64,000 nt of DNA from an uncultured Gammaproteobacteria bacterium (GCA_964523905.1 CAZFYQ010000002.1:2177-66176); one strand, 5' to 3'. Counted from the stretch's first letter, positions 26,887 through 37,706 are shown. Notes: generated by a model from the sequence alone, not told the origin. A program made the numbers and translations.

Positions 26887-29800
26887 AAACAAAATCAAAG
26901 AGTAAATCAATATCACAAATCGTTACAATGCCCAGGGTTAATGGACAAAGAAAAACTAATGGTCATAACGATGAAAGAACTTTTGAAACCAGGTTTACGC
27001 CCCGCTATAAAAAAATGCCAGCTTTGCCTCAGGGTTTACCAGAGCCATCATTTTCTGAATCTTCCAATAAAATTTTAATTGAAAGATATTTGTTAAAAGG
27101 CGGTAATTTGGAAGTGGTAGAAACCGTGGCTGAAAGGTTTTGGCATATAGCCTATGACATTGCCTCCGGTGATATGGATTTTGGTGCCTCTGAAAAAGAT
27201 GTCACAGAACTTGCCAAAGGGTTTTTCTCTGTGATGGTTAATCAACAATTTTTACCTAACTCCCCCACCATCATGAATGCTGGAAAGCAAAATGGTTTGC
27301 AATATTCCGCTTGTTTTGTGTTGCCGGTGGGGGATTCTTTGCCGGAGATTTTTGACTCTGTTAAATATGCTGCTTTAATTCATCAAACCGGTGGCGGAAC
27401 CGGTTTTGCATTTTCCAGGCTTCGCGCAGCCGGTTCTATTGTAAATACCACTGGTGGTGTGGCTTCCGGGCCAGTATCATTCCTGCGGGTGTTTAATGCT
27501 GCTACTGAATCTATTAAACAAGGTGGCACCAGAAGAGGAGCTAATATGGGAATTTTGCGGGTGGATCATCCGGATGTAATGGAATTTATCCGCTGTAAAG
27601 CAGAGCTGGATGATTTAAATAAACCAGTTTATGAAGGAGTGGCACCATTACTTGCCGATGACAGCGCCAGAAGCTATTTTAAGACGCTTTTGTTGGATAA
27701 ACAAATTGCCAACTTTAATATTTCCGTGGCCATTACTGATAAGTTCATGAAAGCTTTGCAAACTGATGGCGATTTTGATTTGATTGCTCCTCATGATGGC
27801 TCAGTAGTGGGACAGTTAAATGCTAAGGCAGTGTTTGATGAGATTATTGAACGGGCTTGGGCAACCGGAGACCCGGGATTGATTTTTATTGACCGCATTA
27901 ATAACTCCCCTGCCAACCCGGTACCATCTTTGGAAACCATTGAATCCACTAATCCTTGTGTTACTGGAGATACTTTAGTTGCAACAGATAATGGATGGCA
28001 ACGTGCAGATAGTATTAAAATAGGTGATAGAATCAGCACTGTATTAGGCAGTGGTGAAGTAGATCAGGTAGAAGTATATGAGGATCGCTCTGTTTTTAAA
28101 GTAAAATTTTCTGATGGTGCAGAAATAAGAGCAACGGCCGCCCACCAATTTCATGCTATTGTTCATGAGCAGAGAACCAAAAATTCAGCCAATAAACAAT
28201 TTTCCCCAATAAAACTCGAGGATTTAAAGGTAGGAGATATGGTGAGGATAGCACCTGCCATTATGCCTGATAATGCTGTTTCTGATCTACCTACGGGATG
28301 GACAGAAAGAGAATATGGTTTTTTTGTCGGAGTGCTTTTAGGGGATGGTTGTATTACTGAAAAAACCTTAACAAGAAATGTAGTAAAGGTAGCAGTAAAC
28401 ACTAATGAAAAGGAATGGACTGAAATCATTAAGAATGTTTTACACAAGGCGGGTTCAAAGGTAGTAAACCTTGATCGTAGCGCTGGTTTTTCTGCTAATT
28501 TAACAGTACAAAATGCCGGGGGTGCAGCAATGTTGGTTAGAAACTCTTTTTTGAAACCTGCCTATTCTTACGAGAAAAGTATACCTTTAGAATACCAGAA
28601 TACTAACAGACAGTTTTTATCAGGACTTTTAGATGGACTTTATTCAACAGACGGAAATGTAAATTTAACCAGTACACATCCTTTTTTAAGATTAAAAACT
28701 ACTAGTAAAAAACTAGCTCAAGATTTACGCAGAATTTTATTATCTTTTGGTATTCATGGAAGAATAGTTACTATTAAAAAGGTTGCTGATAGTCATATAG
28801 GAGATAGAATAATCACCGCGAAACATATTCAATATGAAGTGATAGTTTCTGGATCAAGCATGAAAACTTTTGCTCAACAAATTACTCTTTCTCATCCTGA
28901 TAAACAAAAAAGAATACAGCGGGCTCAGCTGACTTTTGCTTTAACGGGTAACACTTGGTTATCACAAATTACCTCCATTGAACCAGATGGTATAGAAAAA
29001 GTATACGATTTGCATGAACCAGTTTCAGATACCTGGTTAACAGAGGGTGTAGTTAGCCGTGGATGTGGCGAGCAACCATTGGCTCCTTGGGATGCATGTA
29101 ATTTGGGATCAATTAATTTGGGTAAATTTGTCTTGGCTGATGGATCAGATGTAGATTGGGAAGGATTAAAATCAGTCACTCACCAGGCAGTGCACTTTTT
29201 GGATAATGTAGTGCAAACCAATCCGTATACTTTAAAGCCAATTTATGATGAAGTTCACAACAACCGCCGAATTGGTTTAGGGGTAATGGGTTGGGCAGAT
29301 ATGCTGTTTTTACTGCAAATTCCCTATGATTCTGAGGAAGCTTTGGAACTAGGAGAAAAAGTGATGAAATTTATTAATGATGAAGGTCATATGGAATCTG
29401 AAGACCTAGCTAGCAAAAGAGGACCCTTCCCTAACTGGATAAACTCAATTTATGCCCAAAAAGGTCATAAATCCTTTAAAGCCAGACCAGATGGATCCTT
29501 TGCCTTTGAAGGTGGTCGGCCAATTAGAAATTCTACCGTCACTACCATTGCACCAACAGGGACAATTTCGATTATTGGTGATTGTTCATCGGGAATTGAG
29601 CCGGTCTTTGCTTTGGCTTATATTCACCGCGCTAAAAAAGCCGGGGATGAAATGCGATATTTAACTATTGCTAATAAAACCTTTGATCAAATTGCCAAAA
29701 GAGAAGGTTTTTGGTCACCGGATTTAGCTCAAAAAGTAATGGATAATGGATCTGTGTTTGGTTTGGATGATGTGCCTCAAAACTGGCAGAAAGTGTTTAC

Positions 29801-30641
29801 TACTGCCCCGCAAATTTCTCCGGATTATCATGTCAGGATGCAGGCCGCTTTTCAAAGATATACTGATAATGGAGTTTCCAAAACCATTAATTTGCCAAAC
29901 TGGGCCACCCGTGATGATGTTAGAAATGCTTACCTTTCTGCTTGGGATACTGGTTGTAATGGTATTACCATTTATAGAGATGGTAGTAAAACCACTCAGG
30001 TATTAAATGTTTCTTCTACTTTAAAACCAGCTCAAGTGGCTGCTGAGGAAGTGCCAGTCGCTGCCAGGCCAATGATTTTACGGGGTCGCACTTATAAAAT
30101 TACTACCCCGGTGGGAGAAGCATTTATTACTATTAATCGAGATGAAGGGGATCAGCCATTTGAAGTATTTATTACGGTTGGAAAGGGTGGCATGCACACT
30201 ATGGCTGATGCTGAGGCCATGGGAAGACTCGTATCTTTGTCTTTAAGACTTTCTCGCGCCGGAGGAGAAAGTACTGCTAAAGAAATTGCAGGGAAGATTG
30301 CTGAGCAGCTGCGGGGAATTGGTGGATCATCTCATGTTGGATTTGGTAAAAACAGGGTGATGAGTTTGGCCGATGCGATTGCCAAGGTTTTATCAGAGGA
30401 TATGGCGGTGGGTATAAATAATGAAGGTTTAGAGAATACTGAACCAATACCTCTAAATTTAACTATGAGTAATGGTGAGCAGAAGTTAGATACTGGAAAT
30501 TTGAAGTTGGAAGATCAAGCTTCTAGCCTCTCGCTTCCAGTTTCTAGCAATGCTGATCTTTGTCCAGAATGTGGCTCCGCTACTTTCGTAATGGAAGAGG
30601 GCTGTAAGAAATGTCATAGCTGTGGGTACAGTATGTGCTAA
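26883..30641 (+). CDS. nrdJ: Class II (adenosylcobalamin-dependent) ribonucleotide reductase containing an intein
   Basis: FLPNSP, SACFV, GGGTG, QGG.RRGANM, TNPC..GEQPL, CNLGSINL, TIAPTGT, SKTINLP; C-terminal TSCPD-like domain and CPECG..C..C..CG Zn ribbon. Confidence 0.95.
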   Translation: MKTKSKSKSISQIVTMPRVNGQRKTNGHNDERTFETRFTPRYKKMPALPQGLPEPSFSESSNKILIERYLLKGGNLEVVETVAERFWHIAYDIASGDMDFGASEKDVTELAKGFFSVMVNQQFLPNSPTIMNAGKQNGLQYSACFVLPVGDSLPEIFDSVKYAALIHQTGGGTGFAFSRLRAAGSIVNTTGGVASGPVSFLRVFNAATESIKQGGTRRGANMGILRVDHPDVMEFIRCKAELDDLNKPVYEGVAPLLADDSARSYFKTLLLDKQIANFNISVAITDKFMKALQTDGDFDLIAPHDGSVVGQLNAKAVFDEIIERAWATGDPGLIFIDRINNSPANPVPSLETIESTNPCVTGDTLVATDNGWQRADSIKIGDRISTVLGSGEVDQVEVYEDRSVFKVKFSDGAEIRATAAHQFHAIVHEQRTKNSANKQFSPIKLEDLKVGDMVRIAPAIMPDNAVSDLPTGWTEREYGFFVGVLLGDGCITEKTLTRNVVKVAVNTNEKEWTEIIKNVLHKAGSKVVNLDRSAGFSANLTVQNAGGAAMLVRNSFLKPAYSYEKSIPLEYQNTNRQFLSGLLDGLYSTDGNVNLTSTHPFLRLKTTSKKLAQDLRRILLSFGIHGRIVTIKKVADSHIGDRIITAKHIQYEVIVSGSSMKTFAQQITLSHPDKQKRIQRAQLTFALTGNTWLSQITSIEPDGIEKVYDLHEPVSDTWLTEGVVSRGCGEQPLAPWDACNLGSINLGKFVLADGSDVDWEGLKSVTHQAVHFLDNVVQTNPYTLKPIYDEVHNNRRIGLGVMGWADMLFLLQIPYDSEEALELGEKVMKFINDEGHMESEDLASKRGPFPNWINSIYAQKGHKSFKARPDGSFAFEGGRPIRNSTVTTIAPTGTISIIGDCSSGIEPVFALAYIHRAKKAGDEMRYLTIANKTFDQIAKREGFWSPDLAQKVMDNGSVFGLDDVPQNWQKVFTTAPQISPDYHVRMQAAFQRYTDNGVSKTINLPNWATRDDVRNAYLSAWDTGCNGITIYRDGSKTTQVLNVSSTLKPAQVAAEEVPVAARPMILRGRTYKITTPVGEAFITINRDEGDQPFEVFITVGKGGMHTMADAEAMGRLVSLSLRLSRAGGESTAKEIAGKIAEQLRGIGGSSHVGFGKNRVMSLADAIAKVLSEDMAVGINNEGLENTEPIPLNLTMSNGEQKLDTGNLKLEDQASSLSLPVSSNADLCPECGSATFVMEEGCKKCHSCGYSMC
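27957..29063 (+). mobile_element. Intein (369 aa) with LAGLIDADG homing endonuclease and atypical C-terminus (SRG|C)
   Basis: Block A CVTGDTLV, block B ATAAHQF, LLGDG and LDGLYSTDG motifs, block F VYDL. It interrupts TNP|CGEQPL. Confidence 0.9.
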
Positions 30642-30664
30642 CATTTCTTGCGACCTGCGGTCTT

Positions 30665-30709
30665 AAAAAGTGCCACAGTTGCGGCTACTCAATGTGCTAG
30701 GCACTTTTT
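30665..30709 (+). repeat. Synonymously recoded duplicate of the nrdJ 3' end enclosed in a 10-bp inverted repeat (terminator-like)
   Basis: 30665-30700 translates KKCHSCGYSMC*, as does 30606-30641. Arms AAAAAGTGCC/GGCACTTTTT. Confidence 0.85.
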
Positions 30710-30775
30710 GCGCTAGCTCCACAACTTTACCTTGCTTATTAAAATTATTTGTAATACGATTTAAGAACTTATCAC

Positions 30776-31270
30776 ATGAAACCGGAAAATAATTCTCTTT
30801 GGGAAGGTTTTGAGCATATATTGTTGTTTATTAGCTTAGGTGTAATGGCAACTTCTTTAGGACTGATCCTCCATTTTTTCGTAGATAAATGGTATCCGGG
30901 TACTCCTACAGGAATAGCTTCCTATATAGGATCAGCTCTTCTTTATCAGGCCCCTTTACTTAGAGGATATCTTGCGGGTTTAATAGTTTCCTATCCTTTA
31001 TTTTCTTTCTTTTTCTTAAGAACTGTAAATAGAATAAGGAAGAATCCAGAATTAAAACATTTGCATTCCAGAAAAATTCTAATTTATGCTACTTTGGTTA
31101 TTACATTCTTAATAGTAATTATTAACACTATCTCATTAGTTTATGGTTTTTTAGGCGGCAATGTAACCTACAATTTTGTCCTTCATTTTTTGGTAACAGT
31201 AGGAATTAGCGGGATCATATTTGGTTATTATTTAAATGAAGTCAGAGGGGAGATAGGTACCCATGTATAA
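30776..31270 (+). CDS. DUF5671-like membrane protein
   Basis: Four TM segments; LA.LIV..P, RK.LIY.TL and IFGYY motifs. Confidence 0.7.
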   Translation: MKPENNSLWEGFEHILLFISLGVMATSLGLILHFFVDKWYPGTPTGIASYIGSALLYQAPLLRGYLAGLIVSYPLFSFFFLRTVNRIRKNPELKHLHSRKILIYATLVITFLIVIINTISLVYGFLGGNVTYNFVLHFLVTVGISGIIFGYYLNEVRGEIGTHV

Positions 31271-31865
31271 ATACATAGTTTTCATAATTCTACTGGGAGT
31301 ATTGGTTGCTGGAATAAGTTATGAAACTTTGAAAATTACTGGAAATCCTATTTCTCAACAGGCAATAGCATCGGATAACTCAAAATTATTAGACTTTAGT
31401 CTAATACAGTCTGCTGTAGAACATTATTATCAGGATAAAAAGAAATTACCGGATAATTTATCCGTCGTTAAAGATCAACTAACCCTAAAAGATCCTAAAG
31501 TACTACAGGACTATAAGTATGAAATAGCCTCGGATTCTGCCTATAAACTTTGTGCGGAATTTTCAACCGATTCTACAAAGACTCAAAATGATTCATCGGT
31601 TTACTACCTCGCTCCCTTAAAAACTCATAAAAAGGGATTTGATTGTATAACTTATGATTTGCCTGTTTACTTACTCCCCAGTCCTACCTCTCAACCAATT
31701 CCTACTTCAATACCCGCTAATTGCCGAAATTTTGATGGAAACCTAGATGCCTGTGATTCACATGGGATAGCTAGCCTAGTCGGGGGAGGAAATTGTGCTT
31801 ATTATTTATGTTCAAATCAATGTTGGCCAAAAGGTACTCCTAATAGCGTTGCATGTCCGAAATAA
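31263..31865 (+). CDS. Membrane-anchored hypothetical protein with Cys-rich C-terminus
   Basis: N-terminal TM, G.P, LP..L, YKLCAEF; coupled to the DUF5671-like gene. Confidence 0.65.
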   Translation: MYKYIVFIILLGVLVAGISYETLKITGNPISQQAIASDNSKLLDFSLIQSAVEHYYQDKKKLPDNLSVVKDQLTLKDPKVLQDYKYEIASDSAYKLCAEFSTDSTKTQNDSSVYYLAPLKTHKKGFDCITYDLPVYLLPSPTSQPIPTSIPANCRNFDGNLDACDSHGIASLVGGGNCAYYLCSNQCWPKGTPNSVACPK

Positions 31866-31893
31866 GTATTATTTAGGATTCACACTCAAAATA

Positions 31894-32574
31894 TTAATAC
31901 ACTAGAGGTAAGGATTTTAAGAATTCAATCTTTTTTTTAGCCTGTTCGATAAAATCTTTATCATTTTGATCGTGAGTGACTAACTCATTTTTCGCTACTT
32001 CCAAAGTATCCCCTAGTGCAATTGTTATATGTACCCGGTAGTTATCATATTGACCAGAAGGTATTCCACCGTTTTTATAAACTGGCTGTGCGGTGGCGAT
32101 TGCAATAGCAGATATTCCCATTCTATTTTCTGATTGATCAAAAATTTGACCATAAGGATAATAAGGTCCAACGGGAGTTGGATGTAAATTGGCAGCCCGT
32201 ATTTTACCGTTATCTCTGACTATTTTGTAGCTTATTGGTGCACGATCTCCCAAGGCTCTTAGAGGGTTTAGATATCTGCTAGTTCGCAAAAAATGACGTT
32301 CTTCATCTAGATCAGGGATTCTTGAATACAGCATAAGTTCCATTTGAGGAGGCTTTGGTGCCGGTGCAGCCCGAAAAGCCACCACAATCCAATTGGGGTT
32401 GCCTATTCTGTCATGACCCATCCATTCTTCGATATCACTAATTACGTCTTTACTATGATCAGGTAAGCAACTTAACTGGTCTGTCCACCCAGGCTTTGCC
32501 TTATAAGGAGTAACTAGTATTCCTTTTCTAACACCTTCCATTCCAAAATCTGAAGTAAGTTCTCGAGTAAGCAT
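31894..32574 (-). CDS. Hypothetical protein
   Basis: 226-aa ATG ORF with TTGACA...TATAAT just upstream. Confidence 0.65.
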   Translation of the reverse strand: MLTRELTSDFGMEGVRKGILVTPYKAKPGWTDQLSCLPDHSKDVISDIEEWMGHDRIGNPNWIVVAFRAAPAPKPPQMELMLYSRIPDLDEERHFLRTSRYLNPLRALGDRAPISYKIVRDNGKIRAANLHPTPVGPYYPYGQIFDQSENRMGISAIAIATAQPVYKNGGIPSGQYDNYRVHITIALGDTLEVAKNELVTHDQNDKDFIEQAKKKIEFLKSLPLVY

Positions 32575-32633
32575 ACGAAAATTATATAGGATATTTTGAG
32601 CTTGTCAAATTGCGCTTGTGATAAAATCAGCTC

Positions 32634-33167
32634 ATGGATTTGGAAAAAGGGTTGGTAATTTTATACACTGGGGAGGGAAAGGGGAAAACTACAGCGGCTT
32701 TAGGGATCATTCTTCGTGCAGTTGGCTATAAAAAGAAATGTTTAATGGTGCAGTTTGGTAAAGCCTGGTTTACTGGGGAACTAGCTGGTATTAAAAAACT
32801 GGCACCTGATGTCAAAATTATTCAAGGTGGTAAGGGCTTTATAAATTTACTGGGGGATAAAACACCAATTGCCAAACATAAAAAAGCAGCTCAGGAAGCT
32901 TTTGATATATTATATAAGGAAGTTACCTCAGGCAAATGGGATATTGTAGTGGCTGATGAAATTGTTGGTGCTGTGGCTGGCGGAATGGTAAAAGAAACAG
33001 CAGTTTTAAGCCTTATCTCAGAAAAACCCGCTAAACTGGATCTTGTTTTAACCGGCCACCATGCGACTAAGAAGCTGATTAAGACAGCAGATTTAGTAAC
33101 AGAGATGACTGAGATTAAACATCCATATCAAAAAGGAATTTTAGCAAAACAGGGTATTGACTTTTAG
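32634..33167 (+). CDS. cobO: Cob(I)alamin adenosyltransferase (CobO/BtuR)
   Basis: YTGEGKGKTTAALG..LRA.G, DEI, LVLTG, ADLVTEM..IKHPY..G..A..GIDF. Confidence 0.93.
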   Translation: MDLEKGLVILYTGEGKGKTTAALGIILRAVGYKKKCLMVQFGKAWFTGELAGIKKLAPDVKIIQGGKGFINLLGDKTPIAKHKKAAQEAFDILYKEVTSGKWDIVVADEIVGAVAGGMVKETAVLSLISEKPAKLDLVLTGHHATKKLIKTADLVTEMTEIKHPYQKGILAKQGIDF

Positions 33168-33190
33168 CACTCAGACTGGTATATTGCTAA
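33164..33190 (+). promoter_or_regulatory. CIRCE element (HrcA operator) overlapping the lon promoter
   Basis: TTAGCACTC-N9-TATTGCTAA versus consensus TTAGCACTC-N9-GAGTGCTAA; TTGACT(33157)-N17-TATATT overlaps it. Confidence 0.8.
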
Positions 33191-33205
33191 TTAACGTAAA
33201 AATTT

Positions 33206-35632
33206 ATGGCCGATTTCATTAAACCAACCATACCTTCTTCACCAGTAGCTCTAAAACCTACTATGCCTGTGGGACCACTTCGAGATACAGTTATTTTTCC
33301 AGGAAACTCAGTACCAATTATTTCCGGTCGACCAAAATCCAAAGCTGCAATAGAATTAGCCTGGAATTCTGATAAATTAATTGTTTTTGTCACCCAAAAA
33401 AATTCCCGCATTGAAGACCCCACTGATAAAGACCTCTACAGGGTTGGTACTGTTTGTTTAATCCGTCGGGTGGTTAAAAATCCGGAAGGTGATTATACTT
33501 TGCAGGCTGAAGGTATTTCCCGGGTATTTTTGAAAAACTTTAACCAAGCAGATCCATATTTGGAAGCAGAAATTGAAGAAATCCCCGAACTTTATGAAAG
33601 AAATGAACAAACTGAGGCTTTAATTAGAACTGTCAGAGAACAGGTCAAGCGCTTTTTAGAACTGGGTGGTAATCCTTTCTTTGACCAAAGCAATTTTGCC
33701 AACTGGTCTTTATTTACTTACTCTGATGATCCTAATCAACTGGTCAATTCTGTCACTCAATCAATTGACTTTAAAACCATCGACAAACAACAAATCCTGG
33801 AAATGGTCTCAGCAGTTGATCGTTTGCAACGTTTAACTGAGCTGTTAGCCAAAGAAATCCGCATTATGGAAATTTCCCAGAAAATTTCCTCACAAACTCA
33901 TGAGCGGGTTTCCAAAATGACCAAGGAAGCCATTTTGCGGGAGCAAATGAAAAGCATTGAAGAAGAATTAGGCGGAGCAGATTCTGAACACCAGGAAATC
34001 CATGAATTTGAAGAAAAGATCAAGCGGGCTGGTATGCCTAAAGAAGTATTGGATAAAGCTAAAAAAGAGCTCTCACGCTTGGCCAAGATGTCCACTTACA
34101 ATCCGGAAGCTGGTTATATTAGAAATTATCTGGAATGGTTAACAGATCTTCCCTGGAAACTGGATACTTCCGGTAAAATTGACCTGAAAAAAGCCGAGGA
34201 AATTTTAGATGAAGATCACTATGGTTTAAAAAAGGTCAAAGAAAGAATTGTCGAATATTTAGCAGTGCATAAACTGTCCGGAAAAATGCGCGGACCAATT
34301 CTTTGTTTTGTGGGTCCTCCGGGTGTTGGTAAAACCTCCATTGGTAAATCAATTGCCAGAGCATTGGATAGAAAATTCATCAAAGTTTCTCTGGGAGGAA
34401 TCAGGGATGAGGCAGAAATTAGGGGACACAGGAGAACCTATGTTGGTTCCATGCCAGGACGTATTATCCAAGGGATTAAACAAGCAGAGGCTACCAATCC
34501 GGTGTTTATGTTAGATGAAATTGATAAGATCGGTGCTGATTACCGCGGGGATCCCTCTGCTGCACTTTTGGAAGCCTTGGATCCGGAACAAAATGAAAAC
34601 TTTTCCGATCATTATTTGGAAGTGCCCTATGACCTGTCAAATGTGATGTTTATAACAACTGCCAATATTTTGGATACTATTCCCCCGGCTCTTAGAGACC
34701 GTTTAGAGATTATCCGTTACCCGGGTTATACCGAAGATGAGAAATTCCATATTGCCAAAAATTTCTTAATCCCCAAACAAGTAGAAAATCATGGTCTAAA
34801 AAAAGAGCAGATTGAATTTACAGATGAAGCTATCCGGGCAGTGATTAGAGAATACACCAGAGAAGCTGGAGTCAGAAGCTTGGAAAGAGAGCTGTCAGCC
34901 ATTATGCGAAAAGTGGCTAGAAAAATCGCTGAATCCAGTGCCAAAGTAGAAAAAGCCTTAATTTCACCGGATGATGTGCACAAAGCCCTGGGGCCAATTA
35001 AATTCCTACCGATTTTGGCAGAAAAAGAAGATGAAATTGGTATGACTACTGGGCTATCCGTGACTGAGGCAGGTGGGGAAGTACTATTTATAGAAGTAAC
35101 TTTAATGCCGGGTAAAGGCAGTCTATTACTGACCGGACAACTGGGAGATGTGATGAAAGAATCCGGACAAGCAGCGATGTCATATGTCAGGTCCAATTGG
35201 CAGCATTTGGGTTTGCCGGAAAAGTTTTTCCAAAAAGTGGATGTCCATGTTCATGTTCCGGAAGGTGCTATACCAAAGGATGGTCCATCAGCTGGTATTA
35301 CTTTAACTACTGCCATTGTCTCAGCTTTTACTAAAATTCCGGTAAGACGCGATGTGGCCATGACCGGAGAAGTTACTTTAAGAGGCAGAGTTTTAGAAAT
35401 TGGTGGATTAAAAGAAAAAGTTTTGGCAGCACATAGAGCTGGTGTTAAGACTATTATTGCTCCGGCTGATAATGAAAAAGATTTGGAAGATTTGCCGGAA
35501 TATGTGGTCAAAGATTTAAACTTTGTCTGGGTCAGACACATGGATGAGGTGTTAAACGTTGCATTAATCCGTCCGCCGCATGCCCAAGCTCCAAAACGTG
35601 TCCAAATGCATCCCCAACCGGCTCTAGCATAA
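33206..35632 (+). CDS. lon: Lon ATP-dependent protease
   Basis: [26 protein letters not shown] catalytic Ser, IGGLKEK. Confidence 0.97.
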   Translation: MADFIKPTIPSSPVALKPTMPVGPLRDTVIFPGNSVPIISGRPKSKAAIELAWNSDKLIVFVTQKNSRIEDPTDKDLYRVGTVCLIRRVVKNPEGDYTLQAEGISRVFLKNFNQADPYLEAEIEEIPELYERNEQTEALIRTVREQVKRFLELGGNPFFDQSNFANWSLFTYSDDPNQLVNSVTQSIDFKTIDKQQILEMVSAVDRLQRLTELLAKEIRIMEISQKISSQTHERVSKMTKEAILREQMKSIEEELGGADSEHQEIHEFEEKIKRAGMPKEVLDKAKKELSRLAKMSTYNPEAGYIRNYLEWLTDLPWKLDTSGKIDLKKAEEILDEDHYGLKKVKERIVEYLAVHKLSGKMRGPILCFVGPPGVGKTSIGKSIARALDRKFIKVSLGGIRDEAEIRGHRRTYVGSMPGRIIQGIKQAEATNPVFMLDEIDKIGADYRGDPSAALLEALDPEQNENFSDHYLEVPYDLSNVMFITTANILDTIPPALRDRLEIIRYPGYTEDEKFHIAKNFLIPKQVENHGLKKEQIEFTDEAIRAVIREYTREAGVRSLERELSAIMRKVARKIAESSAKVEKALISPDDVHKALGPIKFLPILAEKEDEIGMTTGLSVTEAGGEVLFIEVTLMPGKGSLLLTGQLGDVMKESGQAAMSYVRSNWQHLGLPEKFFQKVDVHVHVPEGAIPKDGPSAGITLTTAIVSAFTKIPVRRDVAMTGEVTLRGRVLEIGGLKEKVLAAHRAGVKTIIAPADNEKDLEDLPEYVVKDLNFVWVRHMDEVLNVALIRPPHAQAPKRVQMHPQPALA

Positions 35633-35696
35633 ATACTTCACCCTTGACGCTTTGGGTCTTCTAGTGTAAATTTGAAGTTACTGCCTCTTATATTTC

Positions 35697-37703
35697 ATGA
35701 ATTTCATTGTAAATAATACTAATTTAATTATCTGGGCCGGAGTGGCGGCCTCGCTTTTGTATGGTCTTTGGCTGATTATCGATATTATGAAACGTCCGGC
35801 CGGGGATGAAAAAATGCAGGAAATTGCCGCTGCTATTCAAGAAGGAGCTGCAGCTTACTTAAAAAGACAATATTCCGTGGTAGCTATCGTGGCCTTGGTC
35901 ATGGCTGTGATTTTATTCTGGGGTTTGGGTAAAAATACCGCCATTGGATTTCTAATTGGAGCAGTGCTGTCTGCTTTGGCCGGCTTTGTGGGAATGAGTG
36001 TGGCTGTTCGCAGTAATGTGCGGGTAGCAGAAGCCGCTAAAAAAGGTTTAGCAGAAGCTTTTTCCCTGGCTTATAAAGGTGGGGCAGTGACTGGATTTAT
36101 TGTGGTTGGCCTGGCACTAGGCTCTGTAATTGGTTTTTATCAATATACTGGCGGAGATTTGAAAGCTTTAGTGGGGCTTGGTTTTGGAGGATCTTTAATT
36201 TCCGTATTCGCCAGACTGGGTGGGGGAATTTTTACCAAAGGCGCTGATGTGGGAGCGGATTTAGTGGGTAAACTGGAAGCAGGAATTCCGGAAGATGATC
36301 CGCGGAATCCAGCTGTAATTGCTGATAATGTGGGAGATAATGTGGGTGATGATGCCGGCATGGCAGCTGATATTTTTGAAACATATGTAGTAACTGCCAT
36401 TGCCGCAATTTTACTTGGGCAACTGCTGTTGCCAGCCTATACCAAAGCCTTACTGTTTCCAGAGGTGTTACTTTCAGCCGGCGTGTTTGCTTCGATTTTA
36501 GGAAGTATTCTAGTTAAAATTTCCGGTAAAAACATCATGGGCGCTTTATACAAAGGTCTTGGCATTGCAGCTGTAGCATCTTTAATTTTGTTTTACCCGG
36601 TAACCCAGGCTTTAATGGGAGATAATGGGCTCTATTCTACTTTAAATCTCTTTCTTTCAGCACTAGTCGGAGTAGTTGTGACTGGGGCCATTTTTTGGAT
36701 TACTGAATACTATACCGGTACCCAGTATAGCCCAGTAGCACACATTGCTGCAGCTTCCAAAACCGGACATGCTACTAATATTATTGCCGGTCTGGCTGTG
36801 TCTATGAAATCAACTTTTTTCCCAGTGCTTTTAATCTCCATGGCTGTGTTAGTTAGTTATTCCTTAGCCGGGTTATATGGAATTGCCATGGCTGCTGTGG
36901 CTATGCTTTCCTTGGCCGCAACAGTGGTGACCATTGATGCTTTTGGACCAATTACTGACAATGCCGGTGGAATTGCTGAGATGGCTAATTTACCGGCTAA
37001 AGTACGGGCAGTGACTGATCCGCTTGATGCAGTGGGAAATACCACTAAAGCAGTTACCAAAGGTTATGCCATTACCTCAGCAGGTCTTGCAGCCTTGGTT
37101 TTGTTTGCTTCATACCAGCAGGAATTTTTAGCTTTGGGTCAGCAATTACAATTTAATTTGGGTGATCCTAAAGTATTAGTAGGACTGCTCTTAGGTGGAT
37201 CCTTACCCTATCTATTTGCCTCTTTTGCTATGGAAGCAGTGGGAAATGCCGGTGCAGCAGTGGTGGAAGAAGTTAGGCGTCAGTTTAGAGAAATTAAAGG
37301 AATTATGGAAGGCACTGCCAAGCCTGATTATGCTCAGTGTGTGGAGATTGTCACCAAAGCCGCTCAAAAAGAAATGTTAGTGCCGGCTATTATTCCGGTT
37401 GCAGCTCCAATTATTGTCGGGCTTTTGCTAGGGCCTGTGGCCTTAGGTGGAATGCTGGTGGGAACAATTGTGACTGGTATTTTTGTAGCAGTTTCCATGA
37501 CTACTGGTGGAGCAGCCTGGGATAATGCTAAAAAGTATATTGAATCCGGAAAATTTGGTGGTAAAGGCTCGGATGCTCACAAAGCTGCCGTGACTGGTGA
37601 CACTGTTGGTGATCCATACAAAGATACCGCTGGCCCTGCTATTAATCCAATGATTAAAGTAGTCAATATTGTGGCGCTTTTATTAGTACCTTTTCTTCAC
37701 TAA
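35697..37703 (+). CDS. hppA: Membrane-bound pyrophosphatase, K+-independent H+-PPase type
   Basis: [25 protein letters not shown] (Lys determinant of K+ independence), GDTVGDP.KD. Confidence 0.93.
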   Translation: MNFIVNNTNLIIWAGVAASLLYGLWLIIDIMKRPAGDEKMQEIAAAIQEGAAAYLKRQYSVVAIVALVMAVILFWGLGKNTAIGFLIGAVLSALAGFVGMSVAVRSNVRVAEAAKKGLAEAFSLAYKGGAVTGFIVVGLALGSVIGFYQYTGGDLKALVGLGFGGSLISVFARLGGGIFTKGADVGADLVGKLEAGIPEDDPRNPAVIADNVGDNVGDDAGMAADIFETYVVTAIAAILLGQLLLPAYTKALLFPEVLLSAGVFASILGSILVKISGKNIMGALYKGLGIAAVASLILFYPVTQALMGDNGLYSTLNLFLSALVGVVVTGAIFWITEYYTGTQYSPVAHIAAASKTGHATNIIAGLAVSMKSTFFPVLLISMAVLVSYSLAGLYGIAMAAVAMLSLAATVVTIDAFGPITDNAGGIAEMANLPAKVRAVTDPLDAVGNTTKAVTKGYAITSAGLAALVLFASYQQEFLALGQQLQFNLGDPKVLVGLLLGGSLPYLFASFAMEAVGNAGAAVVEEVRRQFREIKGIMEGTAKPDYAQCVEIVTKAAQKEMLVPAIIPVAAPIIVGLLLGPVALGGMLVGTIVTGIFVAVSMTTGGAAWDNAKKYIESGKFGGKGSDAHKAAVTGDTVGDPYKDTAGPAINPMIKVVNIVALLLVPFLH

Positions 37704-37706
37704 ATT

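Noticed and set aside
32575-32633. Cobalamin riboswitch near cobO or nrdJ
   Set aside because: The intergenic spaces are too short and contain promoters only; no B12-box seen.
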